Positions 29,829 to 37,251 of a stretch of DNA of 51,651 nt are shown here, in pieces. Within the stretch, counting starts at the first letter, position 1; each line of letters opens with the position of its first letter. The position numbers and the translations under genes are program-made. Source of the DNA: Candidatus Subterrananammoxibius californiae (lineage in GTDB: Bacteria; Planctomycetota; Brocadiia; Brocadiales; Subterrananammoxibiaceae); NCBI GenBank assembly GCA_030586555.1, contig JAURAC010000005.1, positions 20,208-71,858 of the forward strand, given 5' to 3'. A model generated the notes under the pieces. That model saw nothing but the letters and a program-made list of their open reading frames with translations. It did no database searches and was not told the origin of the DNA.

Positions 29829-31004
29829 TTATGTAAGCACCTTTCTTAAAGTGGCAATGCCATGGTCAATATGTTCGCGGGTTGCGATGAGAGGCGGATA
29901 GAACCGAATCACATTATCATGGGTACAATTAAGTAAAAGCCCACTCTCCATGCATCTTTTTACAATATCCGATGCATTCGTTTTTAGCTCTATGCCAATC
30001 ATTAACCCTATCCCCCTTACTTCGTGGATAATATCAAATTCCACTGCCAGCGCTTTCAATCGCTCCATGGCATAATCTCCCAATTTTGCGGCACGTTCAA
30101 GGAGTGCCTCTTTCTGGATTGTTTCAAAAACTGCGATTGCAGCGGAGCATGCAAGGGGATTTCCCCCAAAGGTAGAGGCGTGGCTGCCGGGCACGAGGCT
30201 TTTGGCAATCTCTTTCTTTGCCTCCATTGCACCTACGGCAGTCCCATTGCCGAGTGCCTTAGCAAGGGTTAGAATGTCAGGCTCTATTCCATAGTGCTGA
30301 TAAGCGAAAAATTTCCCTGTCCTTCCCATGCCTGTTTGAACCTCATCAAGAATGAGGAGAATACCATTTTTATCACAAAGTTTCCTCAGCCCCTTCAAAT
30401 ACTCCTGGGAGGCTACGTTTACACCGCCTTCACCTTGGATTGGTTCGATCATTATGCCACCGGTCTTTTCATCAATCGCCTTCTCAACAGCAGCAAGGTC
30501 ATTAAATGGAACGTAGGTAAAACCTTCAACAAGTGGGGAAAAGCCCTTATGATATTTTGGCTGCGCTGTAGCAGTAACGGTTGCAAGTGTTCTTCCATGA
30601 AAGGAGTCTAACATCGTAATAATCTTGTATTTTCCCTGAGATGAATAATGAATCCGTACGAGTTTAATGGCTGCCTCGTTAGCCTCGGCACCACTGTTGC
30701 AGAAAAAGCATTGCCCACCAAAAGAATTTTCTGAAATAAGCTGGGCAAGACGACCTTGGGGTTCCGTGTAAAAGATATTGGGAGCATGTACAAGGGTTTT
30801 CGCCTGGGCTTGAATTGCTTTTGATACCGCGGAGTGGCAATGGCCAAGACCACTGACCGCCCAACCAGAAAAGAGGTCGAGATAACATTTCCCATTTGAG
30901 TCCCAGATATGCACGCCTTTTCCTTTTACAAGAACAACTGGATTTCGAGTGTAATTAGGAATTACATATTTATCATATAAACTTATTATGTCGTTTGTGC
31001 CCAC
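29829..31004 (-). CDS. argD: Acetylornithine aminotransferase
   Basis: NSGAEANE, FHGRT, DEVQTGMGRTG, LAKALG, STFGGNPL. Confidence 0.95.
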   Translation of the reverse strand: MGTNDIISLYDKYVIPNYTRNPVVLVKGKGVHIWDSNGKCYLDLFSGWAVSGLGHCHSAVSKAIQAQAKTLVHAPNIFYTEPQGRLAQLISENSFGGQCFFCNSGAEANEAAIKLVRIHYSSQGKYKIITMLDSFHGRTLATVTATAQPKYHKGFSPLVEGFTYVPFNDLAAVEKAIDEKTGGIMIEPIQGEGGVNVASQEYLKGLRKLCDKNGILLILDEVQTGMGRTGKFFAYQHYGIEPDILTLAKALGNGTAVGAMEAKKEIAKSLVPGSHASTFGGNPLACSAAIAVFETIQKEALLERAAKLGDYAMERLKALAVEFDIIHEVRGIGLMIGIELKTNASDIVKRCMESGLLLNCTHDNVIRFYPPLIATREHIDHGIATLRKVLT

Positions 31005-31039
31005 AAGATACTTTCCTCCTTGATTTGCACATGTTTTTG

Positions 31040-31067
31040 GTAGAGACGCAAAATTTTGCGTCTCTAC
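31040..31067. repeat. 28-bp perfect GTAG-type REP palindrome, intergenic copy
   Basis: GTAGAGACGCAAAATTTTGCGTCTCTAC; identical copy at 51170-51197. Confidence 0.9.
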
Positions 31068-31075
31068 AATCAGTC

Positions 31076-32215
31076 TTAAAATCCGCTAAAGACTATACTA
31101 CTAAATGCACCCACAGGGATTTGCTCTTTATACCCCTGCATCGTTTCCTTTGTTTCCTGAATAATCTTTTTAAGCTCCATGTACAACTCATCGCTGGTCA
31201 TTAGCTTTGCGAGCGTCCCTTCACCCTTTTCTATCTTATCCATTACACTTTTCAAATCAGCTACAGCTTCTTTAAGTGAATTATACATTTCTTCATCGGT
31301 AAATAGCTTCCCCATTGTTCCCTCGCCCTTTTCAATATTCTTTGCTATTACCTTCATACTGTTCATGGTTTCCGTAAACTCATCATATAGTTTCGTATCG
31401 GTGAATAATTTCCCAAAGGTACCTTCGCCTTTCTCTATCCTGGATGTGATGTCTTTAATATCTGCCGATGCACTCTTAAGGTCGTTAAAAAGCCCTTCAT
31501 CGGTGAAGAGCTTGCCGAACGTCCCTTCCCCGCCTTCTATCTTCTTTGTCAGACTCTTTACGCTACCTACAGTTTCCGCAAGCTCATCATAAAGTTTAGA
31601 ATCGCTGAGCAGCTTTCCGAGTGTGCCCTGTCCTTCTTTAACTTGATTAGCGATATCCTGGGTGGTATCAATTAGCTGTGTCACTTTAGGAACGACATCC
31701 CTGAATGCCTTTGCAGATTCAGCAAACGACTCGAAGGCTTCCTGTCCCTTTTCAAATGGCGCAGTAATATTTCTAATACCATCAATGGCGCTATCAAGCT
31801 TTGTCATCATGTCGGCAAGTCCTGGCAAATCAACACCACGCACCAAACTGTCTGGCTGTAGCGGAGGACTGGTTTCCGGAGCAAGAGTTATGTTCACATA
31901 GGCATTGCCAAGAAGGTAGTCACTGGTAATAGTTGCCTGTGCGGCTTCCCTTACGACAACGCCCTCGTTGATTAGCATTGTTACTTGTACCTTGTCACCC
32001 ACTACCGCTATCTTTTCTATTTCTCCCACCTTTACCCCTGCAAGACAAACAGAGTTGCCTTGCTGAAGCCCACCTGCTGTAGAAAAGTTTGTCTTCAGTT
32101 TGTACTGTTTCTTGAAAAGGTCGCCAAAGCGTTCTACCCTGAAGGTAAGAATACCCAGAATTACCATTCCAATAATGAAAAAGATACCAACCTTAATTTC
32201 AGAAGACCTTGCCAT
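31076..32215 (-). CDS. mlaD: MCE/MlaD family protein with repeated helical GEGT.GKL units
   Basis: N-terminal TM, GL..G..V..AGV.VG MCE motif, five G[EQ]GT.[GA]KL repeats. Confidence 0.88.
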   Translation of the reverse strand: MARSSEIKVGIFFIIGMVILGILTFRVERFGDLFKKQYKLKTNFSTAGGLQQGNSVCLAGVKVGEIEKIAVVGDKVQVTMLINEGVVVREAAQATITSDYLLGNAYVNITLAPETSPPLQPDSLVRGVDLPGLADMMTKLDSAIDGIRNITAPFEKGQEAFESFAESAKAFRDVVPKVTQLIDTTQDIANQVKEGQGTLGKLLSDSKLYDELAETVGSVKSLTKKIEGGEGTFGKLFTDEGLFNDLKSASADIKDITSRIEKGEGTFGKLFTDTKLYDEFTETMNSMKVIAKNIEKGEGTMGKLFTDEEMYNSLKEAVADLKSVMDKIEKGEGTLAKLMTSDELYMELKKIIQETKETMQGYKEQIPVGAFSSIVFSGF

Positions 32216-32216
32216 G

Positions 32217-33095
32217 TTATTTCCCTCCCGACCCAGAATCGGAGACTCGTGCCGTATTTTGCACGGAGTGTCTCGTTATAAACTGTCTCGTAATATGATT
32301 TGTACTATTTTGGATTTCTTCCGGTGTTCCTTCCTCAATAACTCTACCCTCATGCAACATACAAATTCTATCCCCCACATAAAAGGCAGAGTTCATATCA
32401 TGTGTAACGACAATGGACGTCATCTTAAGCCTATTTTTCAAATCGAGTATTAGCTCATCAACATTGCCAGCCATAAAAGGGTCTAAGCCTGCGGTAGGTT
32501 CGTCATAAAGGATAACCTCCGGATTCATTGCCAGTGCCCTTGCAACGCCAACCCTCTTTTTCATACCCCCGCTCAATTCTCCGGGCATAACATGCTGTTT
32601 GCCATCAAGACCTACAAGCCTTAACTTTTCATCCACTATTTTATTAATTTCCTTTTGTGTAAGCTCTCCACGCTCCTTTAGTCCAAGGCCAACGTTTTGA
32701 CCGACTGTGAGTGAATTAAGGAGCGCAGCGAACTGAAAGACCATTGCAAAGCTCGACCTCAATTTATCGAGCTCTCTTTCTGTTTTTGCAGTAATATCTT
32801 CACCCTTAATTAATATTTTACCAGAATCTGGCTTTAAGAGGCCCATTATATGCTTCAATAAGACAGTCTTTCCTGCGCCACTTCCACCCATTATAACAGT
32901 AGTCTTTCCGGAAGGTATTTTAAGGTTGAGATTCTTTAGTATGTGATTATCTCGAAAGCTCTTATTGAGATTTAATATCTCGATTTCTACGTTATTACTT
33001 TTGTTCATATAGACAAAACCAAAAATACCAGGTAGGCAACGATGTTTATTATCGTTTGAACCCGACAGACATAAAGTCCGTTGTCTACCATTCAT
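32217..33095 (-). CDS. mlaF: MlaF-type ABC ATP-binding protein
   Basis: GGSGAGKT, LSGGMKKRV, YDEPTAGLDP; start at 33095 (ATGA-coupled) or 33008. Confidence 0.92.
   Translation of the reverse strand: MNGRQRTLCLSGSNDNKHRCLPGIFGFVYMNKSNNVEIEILNLNKSFRDNHILKNLNLKIPSGKTTVIMGGSGAGKTVLLKHIMGLLKPDSGKILIKGEDITAKTERELDKLRSSFAMVFQFAALLNSLTVGQNVGLGLKERGELTQKEINKIVDEKLRLVGLDGKQHVMPGELSGGMKKRVGVARALAMNPEVILYDEPTAGLDPFMAGNVDELILDLKNRLKMTSIVVTHDMNSAFYVGDRICMLHEGRVIEEGTPEEIQNSTNHITRQFITRHSVQNTARVSDSGSGGK
33031..33089. repeat. GGTAGACAACGGAC-type REPIN in the 5' part of the mlaF ORF
   Basis: GGTAGGCAACG...CGTTGTCTACC termini; related to 51441-51520. Confidence 0.75.
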
Positions 33096-33862
33096 AGCCA
33101 GAGGCGTGTAAAGAAATAATCAAATATATATATGGTAACGAACGAAAATACAACAGAATTTGTCGTGGCAGTGCCTACCTCGCCGGGACCACCCGTTGTC
33201 TTTAGCCCATGGTGACATCCAACGATGGAAATTATTGCTCCAAACATACTTGATTTAACCAGCCCTTTAAAGATTTCCATAAAATCGAGTGATTCTGCCA
33301 TCTTATCAAAATAGATTGAGAATGATACATCAAAATATGTAGATGAAACAACACCTCCGCCAAATATCCCCACTACATCGGCATAAATAACCAGTACAGG
33401 TAACATAAAGACACAGGCAAGAAACCTTGGCATTGATAAATATCGGACAGGGTTAATGCCCAAGGATTTGAGGGCGTCAACCTCCTCGGAAACGCTCATT
33501 GTCCCAATCTCTGCGGTAATCCCGGCGCCAATCCTTCCAGCCAGAAGCAACCCCGTGAGAACAGGTCCTAATTCCCTGCACATTGCCACGGAGACTATAG
33601 AGCCGAGCGATGCCTCCATTCCAAACTTCTCAAGGGTATATCCTGTCTGAAGCGCAAGCACCATCCCTATAAATATTGCGGTAAAGGAGGCTATGGGGAG
33701 GGAGTCTGCCCCTATCCTTCTCATTAGTGGGAATATCTTGTCGAGATTCCGAAAGGTCTGCTTGCACCAATAAATCGTCTCGACGAGCAGCCTCAGCATC
33801 TGACCAATGTTTTCTGAAAACGTCAGCAGTCTATGTCCAAGATATATAAGTATGGTTCTCAT
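33092..33862 (-). CDS. mlaE: MlaE-type ABC permease
   Basis: RELGPVLT, AEIGTM.VSEEVDAL, VG.ATT..VV. Confidence 0.93.
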   Translation of the reverse strand: MRTILIYLGHRLLTFSENIGQMLRLLVETIYWCKQTFRNLDKIFPLMRRIGADSLPIASFTAIFIGMVLALQTGYTLEKFGMEASLGSIVSVAMCRELGPVLTGLLLAGRIGAGITAEIGTMSVSEEVDALKSLGINPVRYLSMPRFLACVFMLPVLVIYADVVGIFGGGVVSSTYFDVSFSIYFDKMAESLDFMEIFKGLVKSSMFGAIISIVGCHHGLKTTGGPGEVGTATTNSVVFSFVTIYIFDYFFTRLWL

Positions 33863-33903
33863 TTCATCTGTCGAATTATAACGTTATATTGCTTTACTTA
33901 GCG

Positions 33904-35493
33904 CTAAGGTGCAGTTTTCTTTGTTTTTCCTAAAGGAACATGGAATAAATAAAGGAGTTTGGCGGAACTAATAGTATCCTGTTGCTTATATTTTATAAGA
34001 TTAAATAACATTGAAAGACATACTGTGCGGTCATCATCACCTTTATAATACGAGAAGAAGGGCTTGACTTCGGCAAAATATATCCCAGGTCTTTTTTCAA
34101 ATCTTGCAAACTTCCAGAAAAAGCTGGACGAGTTGGATACGCCGTCTGCACCTTTATCTAAATGGTATAAACCGAAAAATGGTCCCCAGTTTCTATTCCA
34201 CGATGTATCGTCAAGCAAAGGATACAAGGAAAGTGTTTCGAATTCAAGAGAACCATCCTTTTCCTTACTATGTTTAAACAATGGCCATCCTTGTAATAGC
34301 TTTGCCTTTTTACCCTCGTTATACCAGGATTCACTCCTTGACCAATAAACAGGCACAAATCTTCTGGTAGAAACCACGTAGCGTTCATCCCTATCAGTCC
34401 TCCACCAGTTAAGCGGATACACTATTGAACGGGTTTCGGAGGTCTCTGTACGGTCGTAATTCCACATAGGCAAAAACATATTCTTTTGCCTTTTTTCACT
34501 GCTTATTTTTACGGCTATGGGCCAGGGGTAAGTCCACTTTTTAGAGCGGTCACGCCTGTTATTAACGTAAGAGAAGAGAGGCCAGAGTACCGATTGTGAA
34601 TCGGAGAATGGGGTGTGCTCAGTAACGTAAAACGGCGCCGATGCCCAACCACTATAAGTACCCACCCCTTTAACGTTGGCATTCGTATAAGTATAAAGGG
34701 GCCAGAATATAAAACCTTTTTCATACTTACCCTTCTTTTCAAGATGTCCGTAAATGGGCCACACCTTATAGCCGAAACCCGACCCAGGGCTTTGCCCTGT
34801 GTGTCCGACCCTGGTATAAGCAAATATAGGCCAAAGAAAATTAAAAGTCTCTCGACCGCCCTCCGCTACCCTTGTATAAAGAGGCCAGAGGATAAAACTA
34901 ATACTATCCTTTCCAAATCTGTTATGGAATTTGCCATAGAATGGAAAGATTGCAAGGTCTTTGTTTCCGCCTGAGGCGGATTCAGTATTCTTTGAAAAGA
35001 AAAATGGGAACAATGTACGGTTATGTTCTGCCCTTTCACCATCGGTTTCTTTTGTGAAAAAATAGAAGGGGTAAAATTGGGTATAACTTCGCTGCCCTTC
35101 CTGCACGGAAAAGCCGAGCGGCCATAGAAACTCCGAGCGTACGATGCCTTCCTTTGGTAGTTCCTTTCTGTTATATAAGGGTCGAAAGAATATTTCGTTC
35201 GATTCTGGACCCCACTGCCATGTAAAGAATGGATATAGAACATCTAATTCTTTTAATCCTGTCGCCTTATTCTTATCATAATAAACAAATGGCCAGAGGT
35301 TTAACTCAGGGTCAAAATCCTGCCCTCTTATACTATAAATAGGTAAAAAGGTGAAAAGGCTAAAAGGTAAAAAGGCAAAGAAGTAAAAAAGTGAAGAAGT
35401 AAAAATACAAATTTGTCTCTTAGCTTCTTCACCTCTTTGCCTCTTAGCTCCTTTACCTCTTAACCACTCTCCCGAACTTGCTTTTTCCTCCAT
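33904..35493 (-). CDS. Hypothetical Trp/Pro/Phe-rich repeat protein, probably exported
   Basis: Many (L/F)WP(F/L)(F/Y) repeats and an N-terminal hydrophobic stretch; upstream of mlaE. Confidence 0.65.
   Translation of the reverse strand: MEEKASSGEWLRGKGAKRQRGEEAKRQICIFTSSLFYFFAFLPFSLFTFLPIYSIRGQDFDPELNLWPFVYYDKNKATGLKELDVLYPFFTWQWGPESNEIFFRPLYNRKELPKEGIVRSEFLWPLGFSVQEGQRSYTQFYPFYFFTKETDGERAEHNRTLFPFFFSKNTESASGGNKDLAIFPFYGKFHNRFGKDSISFILWPLYTRVAEGGRETFNFLWPIFAYTRVGHTGQSPGSGFGYKVWPIYGHLEKKGKYEKGFIFWPLYTYTNANVKGVGTYSGWASAPFYVTEHTPFSDSQSVLWPLFSYVNNRRDRSKKWTYPWPIAVKISSEKRQKNMFLPMWNYDRTETSETRSIVYPLNWWRTDRDERYVVSTRRFVPVYWSRSESWYNEGKKAKLLQGWPLFKHSKEKDGSLEFETLSLYPLLDDTSWNRNWGPFFGLYHLDKGADGVSNSSSFFWKFARFEKRPGIYFAEVKPFFSYYKGDDDRTVCLSMLFNLIKYKQQDTISSAKLLYLFHVPLGKTKKTAP
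34966..34980. repeat. 15-bp palindrome copy (in the WPF-rich protein, SASGG)
   Basis: TCCGCCTGAGGCGGA, perfect. Confidence 0.9.
35340..35465. repeat. Inverted 8-mer tandem arrays (AAAAGGTA-like, then the complement)
   Basis: AGGTAAAA AGGTGAAA AGGCTAAA AGGTAAAA... then ...TTAGCTTC TTCACCTC TTTGCCTC TTAGCTCC. Confidence 0.8.
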
Positions 35494-35497
35494 CTGA

Positions 35498-36385
35498 TTA
35501 CACAATTATCTGTGTTCCAATGCCCTTATCTGTAAATATTTCCAGCAGGAGCGAGTGCGGGATTCGACCATCAATAATATGCGTCTTCTTAACCCCTGCT
35601 AATAATGCAGAGATACATGCCCTTGCTTTTGGTAGCATTCCACCTGTGATTATCTTTTGTTCTACAAGGTTGTAAACTTCCTTTTCGTGTAGTGTTGAAG
35701 CAAATGAGTTTTCTCTTTTTGGGTCTGTCATAATACCATGGGTGTTTGAAAGAAACACAAGCTTTTCAGCCTTTAAGGATTCGGCAATAAATGCTGCAGC
35801 GCTATCGGCATTTATGTTAAACATCTCTCCATCTTGTCTCTGGGCTATAGGTGGAACAACGGGAATCTTTCCTGCTTTACAAATTTCGTAGAATGTTTGT
35901 TTGTCCATCTGTGTAACACGCCCAACAAACCCGAGGTCCAGCAACCTTGTTGAACCCGTTTCGTCCTTAGTTTCGAGTAAATATTTTTCTGCCTTTAGCA
36001 GGCTTTTCCCATTCTGCCATGTACAGACACCGGTACCACCGAAGGAAGCTATCTTGCTTGCTATTAATGCGCTGACCCGATTAACCAGAATGTCTATAGC
36101 AATATCCAATGTCTCTTTATCTGTCACACGATGTCCTTCAAGAAATTGTGGCTTCTTTCCTCTCTTAGCCATTTCCTCGGTGATATAGGGCCCACCACCG
36201 TGCACCAGAACGGGTCTCATTCCAACGGACTCCATGAAGACGACATCCTGAAGCACGCTCGAAAGAATGCTTTCATCTGTCATCGCACTGCCGCCAAATT
36301 TAATTACTATTATTTTATCACTGAATGCCTGGATATAGGGCAGGGCTTCTATCAGTACGGCAGCCTTTTTGATTGCTTCTTCCAT
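35498..36385 (-). CDS. argB: Acetylglutamate kinase
   Basis: EALPYI, IKFGGSAM, VHGGGP, NINAD, GGMLPK; start re-called at MEEAIK. Confidence 0.95.
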   Translation of the reverse strand: MEEAIKKAAVLIEALPYIQAFSDKIIVIKFGGSAMTDESILSSVLQDVVFMESVGMRPVLVHGGGPYITEEMAKRGKKPQFLEGHRVTDKETLDIAIDILVNRVSALIASKIASFGGTGVCTWQNGKSLLKAEKYLLETKDETGSTRLLDLGFVGRVTQMDKQTFYEICKAGKIPVVPPIAQRQDGEMFNINADSAAAFIAESLKAEKLVFLSNTHGIMTDPKRENSFASTLHEKEVYNLVEQKIITGGMLPKARACISALLAGVKKTHIIDGRIPHSLLLEIFTDKGIGTQIIV

Positions 36386-36438
36386 AAGGTTTTTTATTTT
36401 AATACTTTGATACCGTTTGTCAATCCCTAAAATAGAGA

Positions 36439-36609
36439 TCTCTGAAAAAATCACAAATACTCTGGCATGTCATGCTGAACTCGGTTCAGCATCCTGAAAT
36501 GAATTCATGACAGGTTCTAATAAAATTAAGAGCTTACATGACCCCGAAATAAGCCTACCCTGAAGTTCTTTCAGGGTTCGGGGTGACAGAAACCGTAGTT
36601 TTTCAGAGA
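36439..36609. mobile_element. Composite MITE/REPIN: 10-bp outer IR enclosing a TGTCA...TGACA REPIN with nested hairpins
   Basis: TCTCTGAAAA (36439) / TTTTCAGAGA (36600); inside are GTCATGCTGAAC..TTCAGCATC and GACCCCGAAAT..TTCGGGGTGACA, interrupted by CCCTGAAGTTCTTTCAGGG. Confidence 0.6.
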
Positions 36610-36624
36610 CCAGAAATAAATTAC

Positions 36625-36653
36625 TTGACAAAATATCATCGTCATGCTATTAT
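36625..36653 (+). promoter_or_regulatory. Near-consensus sigma70 promoter
   Basis: TTGACA-17nt-TATTAT with extended TG (overlapping TATAAT). Confidence 0.7.
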
Positions 36654-37205
36654 AATCTCAGCATAGAGATTAGGACATTCATATAATTGACTGATTGTAC
36701 GATTAGCGTACCGTCAGCCACACTTAGCTTAACGGAGTACCCAGCCCTTAGAAGTTACACTAACATCAAAATAAAATGTGTTCTTACCTGTTGCATTTAT
36801 GAACGTTTTCTTATTTTACATCTTTTATTGCTTCAGAGGAGAATTATGAGTTATTTATAAATTATGAATTAAGAAGTATAGATAGATTCATAATTCTCTC
36901 CCTTATCTATTGCGAAAAGACCCCAAGTATAAGCTTTGCCTGGCGCTCACGTCTTTTTGAAAAAGGTGTGCCAAAAACTTTTAACATACCTGGAAGCGAC
37001 GTATATTCTGGAAAATGTTGAGGTTTATTTGCTTACCCAAAAGAGGCGAGTCGCCTCTATTTGGGTGGACTTACTTTTTTGAAAAGAAAGTAAGAATGTC
37101 TACCTTACTTCCAATAGCCAACATGAATTTGTAAAGGTAAACTGAATAGTCATATCTTGACTGTATTGTCTGTTCCATCAATCAGAGTTAAAAGCAAGCC
37201 AACCC

Positions 37206-37220
37206 CCCGCCTTGGACGGG
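37206..37220. repeat. 15-bp variant palindrome in the polA leader
   Basis: CCCGCCTTGGACGGG. Confidence 0.55.
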
Positions 37221-37251
37221 TGTGCCCGTACTTGCTTTTAACCTTCAGAAG

